From: an uncultured Bacteroidia bacterium
GTDB lineage: Bacteria > Bacteroidota > Bacteroidia > Bacteroidales > ML635J-15
Length of the DNA stretch: 64,000 bases
Assembly (NCBI GenBank): GCA_902791865.1
Contig: CADAXK010000004.1
Span: forward strand, 320,559-384,558
Direction: 5' to 3'
Numbering within the stretch: the stretch's first letter is position 1; each line of letters starts with the position of its first letter. The position numbers and the translations under genes are program-made. This document shows positions 10,659 through 20,938 of the stretch, in pieces. Under the pieces are notes generated by a model. That model was not told where the DNA came from. It worked only from the letters and a program-made list of their open reading frames with translations, and did not search any database.

Positions 10659-11012
10659 GTGTGGAAAATTTTTGGATTAGTATCGCTGCAAACGTTTTTC
10701 CTCGCAGGAGGACAGGTTCTGCTTAAGCTTGCATTGGAAAAACTGGGCAAATTCGAGTGGTCGTGGGCTTACTTCAAGACAGTCCTTACCGACTGGTGGC
10801 TACTTGCGTGTGGCATCAGTTTCGGAGCAGCGACTATACTATGGTTTTACATTCTGAAAAAATTTCCATTCAGCCAAGCTTATCCACTGACCAGCTTGTC
10901 GTTCGTATTCGGAATGATTGCCGCATGGTTAGTTTTTGGTGAAAGTATTCCTTTTTCGCGATGGATTGGCTTGATTCTTGTCGTATCTGGATGTTTCTTA
11001 ATTTTAAAATGA
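10659..11012 (+). CDS. Small 4-TM membrane protein (EamA/SMR-like)
   Basis: 117 aa with four hydrophobic segments and a GTG start 2 nt after the upstream stop. Confidence 0.5.
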   Translation: MWKIFGLVSLQTFFLAGGQVLLKLALEKLGKFEWSWAYFKTVLTDWWLLACGISFGAATILWFYILKKFPFSQAYPLTSLSFVFGMIAAWLVFGESIPFSRWIGLILVVSGCFLILK

Positions 11013-11013
11013 T

Positions 11014-11613
11014 ATGAAAAGGATAACTCTTATAATAATCGCTCTGGTCGCTAGCATTTCCTGTTTCGCTCAATCGAACGACGAAATAATGGCGAAGTTG
11101 ACACAAGCCGCTGCTTCTATGAAATCGATGCAATGCAACTTCACGCAGAACAAAACAATGTCGATGCTTGCAGAACCTACGGTTTCGAAAGGCAGAATGT
11201 GCTATGTTTCACCCGACAAGATGAAATGGGAATACACCGACCCATACCCATTTGCAATCAAAGTTAACGGTGATAAGATGACAAAGGTCGCCGATGGAAA
11301 AGAGGAAATTCTTGACACAAAAAACAGAATGTACCAAGGCATGATGAAAATTATCATGAGCAGTGCCACTGGCAAAAATCTGTTCGACAAGTCAACTTTT
11401 GATGTCACAATTTCCAGCGACGGCAACTTCTGGCGTGCCGACATGAAACCGAAAAAGAGCGACATGAAACGAATGTTCAGCACAATGACATTCTATTTCG
11501 AAAAGAAAAGGGACATCATCAACAAGGTTGTCCTCACCGAAGCCAACGGCGACAATACCACAATACAGTTTACCGACATCATACTGAACGCAAACACCGA
11601 AACATGCAAATGA
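11014..11613 (+). CDS. LolA-like outer-membrane lipoprotein carrier family protein
   Basis: Signal peptide MKRITLIIIALVASISCFA. 199 aa. Size and position match the LolA-like gene of APE clusters. Confidence 0.6.
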   Translation: MKRITLIIIALVASISCFAQSNDEIMAKLTQAAASMKSMQCNFTQNKTMSMLAEPTVSKGRMCYVSPDKMKWEYTDPYPFAIKVNGDKMTKVADGKEEILDTKNRMYQGMMKIIMSSATGKNLFDKSTFDVTISSDGNFWRADMKPKKSDMKRMFSTMTFYFEKKRDIINKVVLTEANGDNTTIQFTDIILNANTETCK

Positions 11614-11981
11614 CAGACAACCTATATACAACCATCAATGTCGAAGACAACGAAAACGGATTTGTAGCTGAAATAGAAACAAATCCGTCTCACATAATAT
11701 ATAAGGCACATTTTCCAGGAAATCCAATCACTCCTGGCGTGTGCATCATTAAGACCGCAGGAGAACTTCTTGAAAACAAAATAAACCGTAAATTGTGGCT
11801 CAAAAACGTTAAAAATGTAAAATTTCTATCGGTAATTATTCCTGCCGAAGGCAAAAGAATCAAATACGCATTCTCAAACTTCAAGGAGGAGGAAAACGGC
11901 TGCAAGGTGCAGGTACAAGTAAACGACGAAACAACAATATACGCCAAAATATCACTTTTATTCAGCTATGAAAGAATCTGA
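11604..11981 (+). CDS. FabZ/FabA-like 3-hydroxyacyl-ACP dehydratase (hotdog)
   Basis: HFPGNPITPGV active-site motif. 125 aa. Confidence 0.75.
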   Translation: MQMTDNLYTTINVEDNENGFVAEIETNPSHIIYKAHFPGNPITPGVCIIKTAGELLENKINRKLWLKNVKNVKFLSVIIPAEGKRIKYAFSNFKEEENGCKVQVQVNDETTIYAKISLLFSYERI

Positions 11982-12717
11982 CGCATTGAAACTGTGCGTA
12001 ATAATGCCAACCTACAACAACGGCGGAACTCTGCGGAATGTCGCGGAGCGCGTGTTGACGTTTACAAATGATTTAATCATTGTAAACGACGGCTGCACAG
12101 ACAATACACCAGAAATTATAGCATCGCTGGGCGACAAAATCACTGTCGTCGACTACGGCAAGAATCGTGGCAAAGGATATGCCTTGAAAAAAGGCTTTGA
12201 AAAGGCAAGAGAACTCGGTTTCGACTATGCAATTACAATCGACTCGGACGGACAGCATTTTCCTGAAGACATTCCCTTGTTCATTGATGCCATAAGGCAA
12301 AAACCAAATGCATTAGTAGTCGGAAGCAGGAATCTGAAACAGGAAAACATGCCTGGTGGCAATACATTTGCCAACAAGTTCTCTAACTTCTGGTTCAGAG
12401 TTCAAACAGGCATCAATTTACCCGACACCCAGACCGGCTACAGGCTATATCCGCTCAAAAACATGCCGAGTCTTTGTATGATTACATCACGATACGAAGC
12501 CGAATTAGAGTTGCTTGTTTTCTCAGCATGGCGCAACATACCGCTGATTCCCATCAAGATAAATGTATTCTATCCCAAAGCCGAGGAACGCATTTCGCAT
12601 TTCAGGCCTTTCTGGGACTTCTTCAGAATCAGCGTACTGAACACAATACTTTGCTTCGTGGCGATTTTCTACGGATGGCCGTCTCGACTAATAAGGAAAT
12701 GGAGGTCGCATGAATAG
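11968..12717 (+). CDS. Family 2 glycosyltransferase
   Basis: VIMPTYNNGGTL N-terminus and the DSDGQH (DxD) motif, with a C-terminal TM segment. Confidence 0.8.
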   Translation: MKESDALKLCVIMPTYNNGGTLRNVAERVLTFTNDLIIVNDGCTDNTPEIIASLGDKITVVDYGKNRGKGYALKKGFEKARELGFDYAITIDSDGQHFPEDIPLFIDAIRQKPNALVVGSRNLKQENMPGGNTFANKFSNFWFRVQTGINLPDTQTGYRLYPLKNMPSLCMITSRYEAELELLVFSAWRNIPLIPIKINVFYPKAEERISHFRPFWDFFRISVLNTILCFVAIFYGWPSRLIRKWRSHE

Positions 12718-15700
12718 ATTTTTCCTATCGATATACGACTACCTGTCAAAGCGCAAAGTTCTTTCAATAATCATATTATTGACAATTACCGCATTGTGCG
12801 TACTTTCAGCATTGCAACTAGACTATAAGGAAAACATTGCCGACTTCCTGCCCACCGACCCCGAAAAGGAAAAATACACCTCGGTTTACAACGACTTAAG
12901 CAATCAAGGACAAATAACAATAATCTTCTCATCTGACGATACAGACGAACTGATGTCGGCAGTTGACGACTTTGAAACAAACTGGGAAGAAGCCGACACT
13001 GCGCATCTAGTAAACGACCTAAGATGCAAGATTGATGACGGACAAGTTTTCGATGCAATTGATTTAATACGCGAGAACCAGCCATTGTTCCTTACCGAAA
13101 ACGACTTCCAGAGAATGGATTCGCTACTTGCCGACACCAGCCATGTAGCCACCTGCCTGCAAAACATCAAGCGAATGCTTTCGTTTCCGACTGCCAGTTT
13201 CGTTGTTGAAGGAATAAAAGCCGACCCACTAAACCTATATTCACCGACCTTACAGCGACTAACCGCGCTGAACGCCACTGAAGGTTTTGTAATAAATGAC
13301 GAATACCTGATGAACGAAAGTGGCGACAAGGCTTTTGCATTCTTCTCCTCTCCTTTCGCAGGTAGCGACACAAAAAACAACGCCATACTGGTCGAACTGA
13401 TAAACAATGTCATTGATACAACAATAAAAAGCCATCCGGAAGTAAAGATTTCGGCTGTTGGAGCTCCAACCATAGCCGTCACCAATGCCCAGCAAATAAA
13501 AAGAGACAGTTTTCTATCCATAGCACTCGCCTTGGTTCTGATTTTCGGCATACTGATGTTCACTATGGCAAGGAAACGAAACCTCATTTGGCTCGGAGTA
13601 TCAATTCTTTTCGGCTGGATTTTCGCATTGGCAATCATTGCCTTATTCAAGACAAGCATATCGATAATTGTCATCGGTATCGGTTCGGTAATACTAGGCA
13701 TTGCGGTAAACTATCCGCTTCATTATCTCGACCACATTAAGCAGCAACCAGACAAGCGCGAAGCCCTGAAAGATGTAATCCAACCTCTGGTCATCGGAAA
13801 CATCACTACAGTTGCAGCATTTGCCTGCCTGATATTCGTAAAGGCCGAAGCTATGCATGACCTTGGTCTTTTCGGTGCACTAATGCTTATTGGCACAATA
13901 CTTTTCGTTATGGTCTTCCTGCCATTGCTGGCTGTTGTCCCCAAAAAGAAGCACAAACTTTTCGTCGATAGCGGAAAAGAACCGAACGAAAAATGGAGAA
14001 AGGCAAAGATTTTCGCTTTCTGGCCATTGGTAATCGTAACCATCATTCTCGGCTACTACAGCCAAGAGACGACCTTTGATTCCGACCTGCACAACATCAA
14101 CTACATGACAGAGCAACAGAAGGAAGACATTGCCCTGCTCAACGAATCGATACAAAAGGAAGGCAAGACCGACCTAATTTATGTAGTATCGGAAAGCAAC
14201 GACTTGCAACAGGCACTGCAACAAAACGAAAAAATAATTGACAACCTGAAAAAATCTATTCCGCAGAATGTAAATGTAAGCATTTCGGGTCCAGACGGAC
14301 TTTTGCCGTCAACCGAAAAGCAAAAGGAATCGATTGAAAGATGGAACGAATTCTGGCAACGGCATGCCGACATTGCCAACAAAATAAACACAGAAGCCAT
14401 AGCAAACGGATTTACGGCCAGTGCATTCGCACCATTTACAGACAATCTCGGAAAGCAATACGATACGAAGTCGCAAAGCGAAATGCAACCGCTACTTGAA
14501 CTATGCAAAACATATACCTTACAACACGATTCATTAACTCGCGTTGTAAACTTTGTGCGTGTACCCGTCGAATTTTCCGACACATTGAAACAGCAACTTC
14601 GCCAAACATTGCCCGACAACGGTTTTGCATTCAGCATGTCGGATATTGGAAGCAATCTGGTAACGGTTCTATCCGAAGATTTCGACTACATACTGTATGT
14701 ATGCAGTATTGTCGTTTTCTTCTTCCTATGCATCTCATTCGGACGACTTGAACTGTCGATACTCGCCTTCCTGCCTCTTACAATCGGTTGGGCTTGGATA
14801 TTGGGCTTGATGTACTTCTTCGGAATAAAGTTCAACATCGTAAACATAATTCTGGCGACATTCATATTCGGGCAAGGCGACGATTACACAATTTTCATAA
14901 CCGAAGGACTTCTATACGAATACTCGTACGGCAAAAAGATGCTAAAGAACTACCGCAACAGCGTCATTCTTTCCGGAATACTGATGTTTATCGGTATTGG
15001 AACGCTTATTTTTGCAAAGCATCCTGCCATGAAGTCGCTGGCCGAAGTCGCAATTGTGGGCATGATGACAGTAGTCTTGATGGCATGCTACATTCCGCCT
15101 GTCATTTTCAACTGGCTGACAAAGAAGAAAGGTCAACTTCGCGATGTGCCGGTAACAATCAAGAGACTTTTGTACACATTCATTTCGCTACTTGTCTTTT
15201 TCGTGTCGGCATTTGTTCTTGTAACACCATTTACCCTGATATACAGGCTTATTGGTCGCGACAGCGAACGCAAACGACTATGGTTCCATAAGCTTATTGT
15301 CGTTTTCAACAGATTTGCTATCCTACGCCTTCCTGGTGTAAAATATTCGCTTGACAATCCAAACGGAGAAGACTTTGAAAAGCCAGCAGTCATCATTGCC
15401 AACCACCAGTCGCACCTAGACTTGTCGTGCATAATGATGCAGTCGCACAAGATAGTGATACTCACCAACGACTGGGTTTGGAAAAATCCAATATACGGAT
15501 TAATTATCCGATATGCAGAATTTTATCCTGTATCGGATGGCTACGACAAGAATATAGAACGACTGAGAAAACTTGTCGCAAGAGGTTATTCGGTTGTTAT
15601 TTTCCCCGAAGGCACACGTTCTGTAACAGGAGAAATAATGCGATTCCACAAGGGAGCATTCCAACTAGCACAATCGCTCAACATCGACATTCTGCCTATA

Positions 15701-16234
15701 TTCATACATGGAGCCAACCATGCAATGCCCAAAAATGACATTATCCTGCGCGAAGGCGCTCTACACATTGAAATTGGTCCTAGATATTCTGCAGAAAAAG
15801 TACAATCAGTTACCGCAAGAGAGTTGACATCATATTTCCACAACTATTATGTAGAACATTTCGAAGAAATACGCAACAAGTGCGAAGACACTGAATATGT
15901 ATCGAAATATGTTCGCTACAAATACATCTACAAGGGCAACGATGTGGAACGCTCCTGCCGTGCAAACCTAAGGAAAATAAAGGCACATTCGGAAGATATC
16001 AACACCTTGCAAGGCGGTAGCATAGCAATAAGAAACAGCGGATACGGAGAACTTGCATGGACAATTGCCCTTGTACACAGGCAAACAGAAGTTTACGCCT
16101 TGGAAACCGATGTCGACAAGTTCCTGATTGCTTCACATTGTACCTACATTCCGCAGAATCTACACTTCATCAACGATGAAAACGAATTACCAACTTGTGA
16201 ACTAACAATTGATTGCCAAACGTTTCTGAAATGA
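12710..16234 (+). CDS. MMPL/RND-type exporter fused to a PlsC-type acyltransferase and a short C-terminal Rossmann/MTase-like tail
   Basis: 1174 aa with two clusters of TM helices. The acyltransferase motifs NHQSHLD (H-x4-D) and FPEGTRS lie in the C-terminal third. The last ~130 aa carry an IAIRNSGYGEL...EVYALETD pattern. Confidence 0.75.
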   Translation: MNRFFLSIYDYLSKRKVLSIIILLTITALCVLSALQLDYKENIADFLPTDPEKEKYTSVYNDLSNQGQITIIFSSDDTDELMSAVDDFETNWEEADTAHLVNDLRCKIDDGQVFDAIDLIRENQPLFLTENDFQRMDSLLADTSHVATCLQNIKRMLSFPTASFVVEGIKADPLNLYSPTLQRLTALNATEGFVINDEYLMNESGDKAFAFFSSPFAGSDTKNNAILVELINNVIDTTIKSHPEVKISAVGAPTIAVTNAQQIKRDSFLSIALALVLIFGILMFTMARKRNLIWLGVSILFGWIFALAIIALFKTSISIIVIGIGSVILGIAVNYPLHYLDHIKQQPDKREALKDVIQPLVIGNITTVAAFACLIFVKAEAMHDLGLFGALMLIGTILFVMVFLPLLAVVPKKKHKLFVDSGKEPNEKWRKAKIFAFWPLVIVTIILGYYSQETTFDSDLHNINYMTEQQKEDIALLNESIQKEGKTDLIYVVSESNDLQQALQQNEKIIDNLKKSIPQNVNVSISGPDGLLPSTEKQKESIERWNEFWQRHADIANKINTEAIANGFTASAFAPFTDNLGKQYDTKSQSEMQPLLELCKTYTLQHDSLTRVVNFVRVPVEFSDTLKQQLRQTLPDNGFAFSMSDIGSNLVTVLSEDFDYILYVCSIVVFFFLCISFGRLELSILAFLPLTIGWAWILGLMYFFGIKFNIVNIILATFIFGQGDDYTIFITEGLLYEYSYGKKMLKNYRNSVILSGILMFIGIGTLIFAKHPAMKSLAEVAIVGMMTVVLMACYIPPVIFNWLTKKKGQLRDVPVTIKRLLYTFISLLVFFVSAFVLVTPFTLIYRLIGRDSERKRLWFHKLIVVFNRFAILRLPGVKYSLDNPNGEDFEKPAVIIANHQSHLDLSCIMMQSHKIVILTNDWVWKNPIYGLIIRYAEFYPVSDGYDKNIERLRKLVARGYSVVIFPEGTRSVTGEIMRFHKGAFQLAQSLNIDILPIFIHGANHAMPKNDIILREGALHIEIGPRYSAEKVQSVTARELTSYFHNYYVEHFEEIRNKCEDTEYVSKYVRYKYIYKGNDVERSCRANLRKIKAHSEDINTLQGGSIAIRNSGYGELAWTIALVHRQTEVYALETDVDKFLIASHCTYIPQNLHFINDENELPTCELTIDCQTFLK

Positions 16235-19230
16235 AAAAATGCATTGTCATAGGAAGTGGACTTGGAGGACTTTCCACAGGCGTAATTCTGGCAAAAAACG
16301 GCTATGAAGTAACCATTCTTGAACAGGCAAAACAAATTGGCGGTTGCCTGCAGTGCTTCCAACGAAACGGTGTAAAGTTCGAAACAGGAATGCACTTTGT
16401 TGGCAGTCTCGATGATGGCGAAGTGCTTTCAAACTACTTCAACTTCCTTGGTATCAAGGACAAGGTTGAAGTTTCGCGCATGGACACCAGTTCGTACAAT
16501 ACCATTTCGCTCAATGGCGAACGTTTTTCCATAGCAAACGGACACGAACAGATGATTGAAAGTCTGGCGGAAAGATTTCCAAATGAAAAGGACAATCTTC
16601 GCCGCTACTGGCAACTTGTTGATACAGTTGCGCAGGAGTCCCCTTTTTACGACTTGAACCACATCGACAGGAATGCACAGCTTGACTTACGTCTATTCAC
16701 AACAAGTATCAACGAGGTAATCGACGAGGTAATATCAGACCCCACATTGCGCAATGTGCTTGTGGGCGACATGTCGCTTTATGCTGCGCAACGCGACCGC
16801 ACACCATTTTCCACATACGCCTTTGTGTCGAATTTCTACAATAAAAGCGCATTCAGATTTGTAGGTGGCAGCGACAATCTTGCAAAGGCACTTGCTGAAG
16901 TAGTAAAATCAAACGGAGGTAAAATTTATACAGGTTGCCGCGTAGTAAGAGCGCATAGCAACAACGGTTTGGTAACCAGTGTGGAACTGGAAAACGGAGA
17001 ATTGGTAGAGGGCGACATATTTATTTCCGATGTACATCCAATGCAATTGAGCAGTATGTTTACTGGAAAAGAATTGCGTCCTTCGTTCTATTCAAGGATA
17101 GAGTCTATAAAGAATACACCATCGGTTTTTTCCCTTTTCCTTAAGTTCAAACCCGGTGCAATGCGGTATATGAACACCAATTTCTACGGATATTCATGCG
17201 AATCGCCGTGGAATATGGAATTGTACGATAAATCAACATGGCCACGTGGTTATCTGTATATGCACCATTGCCACGAGAAAAAACAAGAGTTTGCTAGAAG
17301 CGGTGTTATTCTCGCCTATATGCTTGCCGATGAACTGTCGGAATGGGCGCAAACAACTGTTGGTAAACGTGGGGAATCATACAAGGAATTTAAACATGCA
17401 AAGGCAGAAAAATTACTTGATGCCGTTGAAAGGGATTTCCCAGGACTAAGAACTCAAATAGAAGAATATTACACGGCAACACCCCTAACTTACCGCGACT
17501 ACACCTTATCGCCTGGCGGTTCGATGTACGGTATGGCAAAGGACCTGACTTTAGGCTTGGCAGGACGTGTGTCGTACAAGACAAAGTTGCCTAACTTCTA
17601 CCTGGTGGGACAAAACATAAACGCACACGGAATACTTGGCGTAATGGTCGGGACATTGAATGTTTGTTCGGCATTGCTTGGCGAGGATGTAATTAAGAAA
17701 CAAATGCTTGAGACCAATGCTTTCGTCAAACCAGTCGAACAAAAGTCGGTGCTGATTATCGGAGGTGGACTTGGAGGTCTTGTAACTGGTGCGCTACTCG
17801 CAAAGGAAGACTACAAAGTTACAATTCTTGAGAAAAATGCCATAATCGGTGGCGGATTGCAGACGATAAGGCGTAAAGGCGTTGATTTTGCAACAGGAAT
17901 GCATATTTTTGGCGGATTCAACAAAGATGGTAACCTGTACAAATTATTTGACTACCTTGGCATTGCCGCCAAACTGAACCTAATGCCAACCGACGAAAAG
18001 GCCTGCGATGTAGTGACAATTGCAGAAGACAATGCAACATATTATCTTCCAAAAGGCAAAGAAAATCTTGTAGAATACCTTTCGGGAATCTTCCCCGACG
18101 AGGCTGAAAACATTAGGCAATACATTGATAAACTGTTTGAACTTTCGCAGGAAGAAGACCTTTTCTACATTCGTGAAAGGTCGATGGAACCAAATTTCGC
18201 ATCTTTGAGCGAAGATTTTATGAATCCATATAACGAACTAATTGACAAACATATACATAATCCCAAATTAAAAAGACTGCTTTGTTACTTGAGTCCACTT
18301 TTTGGTGGAATAGAAGACATGACACCTGCCTTCTTCAATGCACTGCTAAGCGTACTGCACATTAATGGAACATTCCAGTTTATAGGCAGCGGACAACAAA
18401 TGGTTGACCTGCTGAAAAAAGCCATCGAGGACAAAGGCGGAAAAGTAATAGCAAACGAGGAAGTTGTCAATATTGATGTCGAGGAACACTTAATTACAAA
18501 AGTCACAACCAAGAACGGCAATTCATACAAAGCCGACAGTTACATTTCCGATGTCCATCCCGATGTTTTGCTGAAAATCATCAGCGACAAAGCATTCCCT
18601 GCGGCTTATAAGAATCGTCTGAGATCCATTCCTGAATCACCATCTAGTTTCAAGGTTCATATAATATTCAAGGAGAATACATTTCCATTCCTCAACCATG
18701 CCAATTTCTATTACAACAATAATATAGACTGGCCGAAAGGAATTATGTATGTCACCACTCCCATCCAAAACCAAGGAAAATATGCCAAGACAATGATAAT
18801 CATCAGCACGATGGATTTTAATGAGGTAAAAAAATGGGAAAACACCAAAACTGGTCACAGAGGCGAAGAATACGAACAATGGAAGCATAATACCACAGAA
18901 AAAGTATTAGACTTGATGGAGAAAATTTATCCAGATTTCCGAAACTGCATCGAATTTTCGTTCTCCTCATCGCCACTCACAATTCGCGACTACCTAGGCA
19001 ACAAGGAAGGTTCCAACTATGGCTTCCAGAAGGACAGCCACAACCTGATGCTTTCGCAAATGTCGGTAGCTACCAAGGTAAAAAATCTTTTCCTTACAGG
19101 GCAAAATGTTAACATTCACGGATTTTGCGGGGTGTCGCTTACAGCGATAGAAACAGCGGAAGCCCTTGTCGGACACAATGAGATAGTAAAAAAAATCAAC
19201 GAGCATTGCTCTATAAAAAATAACATATAA
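16231..19230 (+). CDS. Tandem-fused double CrtI/phytoene-desaturase-like FAD/NAD(P) oxidoreductase
   Basis: Two Rossmann GxGxxG motifs: VIGSGLGGLSTG at the N-terminus and IIGGGLGGLVTG near the midpoint (~nt 17760). Each is followed by a parallel ILE..xxIGG motif. The start at 16231 gives an ATGA overlap with the upstream stop. Confidence 0.75.
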   Translation: MKKCIVIGSGLGGLSTGVILAKNGYEVTILEQAKQIGGCLQCFQRNGVKFETGMHFVGSLDDGEVLSNYFNFLGIKDKVEVSRMDTSSYNTISLNGERFSIANGHEQMIESLAERFPNEKDNLRRYWQLVDTVAQESPFYDLNHIDRNAQLDLRLFTTSINEVIDEVISDPTLRNVLVGDMSLYAAQRDRTPFSTYAFVSNFYNKSAFRFVGGSDNLAKALAEVVKSNGGKIYTGCRVVRAHSNNGLVTSVELENGELVEGDIFISDVHPMQLSSMFTGKELRPSFYSRIESIKNTPSVFSLFLKFKPGAMRYMNTNFYGYSCESPWNMELYDKSTWPRGYLYMHHCHEKKQEFARSGVILAYMLADELSEWAQTTVGKRGESYKEFKHAKAEKLLDAVERDFPGLRTQIEEYYTATPLTYRDYTLSPGGSMYGMAKDLTLGLAGRVSYKTKLPNFYLVGQNINAHGILGVMVGTLNVCSALLGEDVIKKQMLETNAFVKPVEQKSVLIIGGGLGGLVTGALLAKEDYKVTILEKNAIIGGGLQTIRRKGVDFATGMHIFGGFNKDGNLYKLFDYLGIAAKLNLMPTDEKACDVVTIAEDNATYYLPKGKENLVEYLSGIFPDEAENIRQYIDKLFELSQEEDLFYIRERSMEPNFASLSEDFMNPYNELIDKHIHNPKLKRLLCYLSPLFGGIEDMTPAFFNALLSVLHINGTFQFIGSGQQMVDLLKKAIEDKGGKVIANEEVVNIDVEEHLITKVTTKNGNSYKADSYISDVHPDVLLKIISDKAFPAAYKNRLRSIPESPSSFKVHIIFKENTFPFLNHANFYYNNNIDWPKGIMYVTTPIQNQGKYAKTMIIISTMDFNEVKKWENTKTGHRGEEYEQWKHNTTEKVLDLMEKIYPDFRNCIEFSFSSSPLTIRDYLGNKEGSNYGFQKDSHNLMLSQMSVATKVKNLFLTGQNVNIHGFCGVSLTAIETAEALVGHNEIVKKINEHCSIKNNI

Positions 19231-19259
19231 ATTTGTAATTTTAAGAAAACGATATCATA

Positions 19260-20567
19260 ATGGATAAAGTAAAACTGAAACTGATTTACCCGAAATGGAA
19301 TAAGCTGCCCGGACAGACAACCTTCAACCTACCGCCTCACGGACCGGTGGCTTTTGCAGCAACACTACCCGAATACGTTGATATTTCGTTTACCGACGAA
19401 AATGTTGAGGCAATTGACTTCGACGAGGAATGCGACCTTGTGGCACTGTCGATGATGCTTACCACACAAGTAAAGCGCGGATGGGCGATTGCCGACGAAT
19501 ATCACAAGCGTGGCAAAAAGGTCATCGCTGGCGGTATTTCCACTATGCTTCATGCAGAGGAGATGGTAAACCACGTTGACAGCGTATTTCTTGGTGAATC
19601 GGAAGGTCGTTCCGAGCAGGTTATTATCGACTGGAAGAACGGCTGCCTGAAAAAGATTTACAACTATATGGGCAACCAGCCGCCAATCGAATCGGTAGGT
19701 CCTTGCCGCCGCGACCTTTACAAGCGCGAGCTGTACAACCACAAGGGTGTGCAGATGGTTGACCTGTTCCACGCTTCGCGCGGATGCCGTTTCAGTTGCT
19801 ATCCATGTGCTGTGTCGTATCTTGGCGGTCGTAAGTTCCGTCCGCGTCCAATCGACAAGGTGGTTGAGGATATGGCAAGCATCGACAACAACCGCCTGTT
19901 TATCGTCGATAACTCATTGGCGCAGGACAAGCAGTGGGAAATGGAACTTTTCAAGGCTATTGCACCGCTGAAGAAAAAGTGGATAAGCCACACCATTGAG
20001 GACGACCCCGAAGTGCTCGACCTTGCAGCAAAGGCTGGCGCGTGGTATGTGTATCAGGCTGTTTACGATACTTCCGACTACATCAAGGAGCGTGTAAAGA
20101 GATACCACGACTACGGAATAGGCGTTGAAGGTACAATCTTGCTCGGTCTTGATAACCAGTCGGTTGACGACTGCAAGCGACTGATTGACTTCCTTGGCGA
20201 AATCGACTTGGACTTGGCTGAGTTTACAGTAATGACGCCTTTCCCGCACACCAAGGCCTACGACGACCTATTGCGTCAGGGTCGTATCTTCGATTTCGAC
20301 TGGAACCACTACAATGCAGGTCAGGTTGTTTTCCAGCCTAAGCTTATGACTCCCGAACAGTTGCAGGATGTTTACGAATACGCATGGAAGAGTTTCTATG
20401 CAGCTGAAACCCAGGAATCGAAGATGTTCAGGCTGTTCTGCAATGTTGCGCTTCGCGAGATGGAAGAAGGTACATACCGTCCGCGTAACAGGAAGCTGGC
20501 AAACAAGTCGTTTGGTAAAGATGTTGACAGAAGTAAGAGAAATGTAAATGTAAGAGCTGAAAATTAA
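19260..20567 (+). CDS. B12-binding-domain radical SAM enzyme
   Basis: CRFSCYPC (CxxxCxxC) motif after an N-terminal ~150-aa B12-binding-like domain. 435 aa. Confidence 0.8.
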   Translation: MDKVKLKLIYPKWNKLPGQTTFNLPPHGPVAFAATLPEYVDISFTDENVEAIDFDEECDLVALSMMLTTQVKRGWAIADEYHKRGKKVIAGGISTMLHAEEMVNHVDSVFLGESEGRSEQVIIDWKNGCLKKIYNYMGNQPPIESVGPCRRDLYKRELYNHKGVQMVDLFHASRGCRFSCYPCAVSYLGGRKFRPRPIDKVVEDMASIDNNRLFIVDNSLAQDKQWEMELFKAIAPLKKKWISHTIEDDPEVLDLAAKAGAWYVYQAVYDTSDYIKERVKRYHDYGIGVEGTILLGLDNQSVDDCKRLIDFLGEIDLDLAEFTVMTPFPHTKAYDDLLRQGRIFDFDWNHYNAGQVVFQPKLMTPEQLQDVYEYAWKSFYAAETQESKMFRLFCNVALREMEEGTYRPRNRKLANKSFGKDVDRSKRNVNVRAEN

Positions 20568-20575
20568 TTACAACA

Positions 20576-20938
20576 ATGAAAGTTTCAAAAGAATATTACG
20601 ATGAGATTTTCCCTTTCAAGGGCGAATGGGACATGGAATCGTCTTGCGGACTTAAAATAAGGGAAATTGACGGCAAAAAATATGTAATTGTAACCGAATT
20701 GTACCAAGAAAACCCAGGCACATCGGTAACATACGCAGGCAAAAAACTAGCAGACCAGATTTGTGAAGCAAAAAATCTGAAACTTGAGGATATTGTTTAC
20801 TTGGAATGCACGCCAAACACCAACTCAAAGTTGTCATTTTACGACGAGGAATATTTTCAGGTGGACTTCAATGCAGACATGCAGCACAAGTACCGCCAAC
20901 TATCGAAAGAGGAAGTTTTGAAAATATTAGGAAGATAA
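20576..20938 (+). CDS. Hypothetical protein (120 aa)
   Basis: Clean ORF packed between cluster genes. Its stop overlaps the next start (TAATG). No motif recognised. Confidence 0.5.
   Translation: MKVSKEYYDEIFPFKGEWDMESSCGLKIREIDGKKYVIVTELYQENPGTSVTYAGKKLADQICEAKNLKLEDIVYLECTPNTNSKLSFYDEEYFQVDFNADMQHKYRQLSKEEVLKILGR

Noticed and set aside
16213-16230. Upstream start of the CrtI-like gene.
   Set aside because: The Met at 16231 places the GxGxxG motif at the usual distance from the N-terminus and gives an ATGA stop/start overlap. The 6 extra codons are unsupported.
20806-20937. N-terminal extension of the alpha/beta hydrolase ORF.
   Set aside because: The extension overlaps the preceding gene by 130 nt. 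The internal Met at 20938 yields a canonical signal peptide and a TAATG junction.
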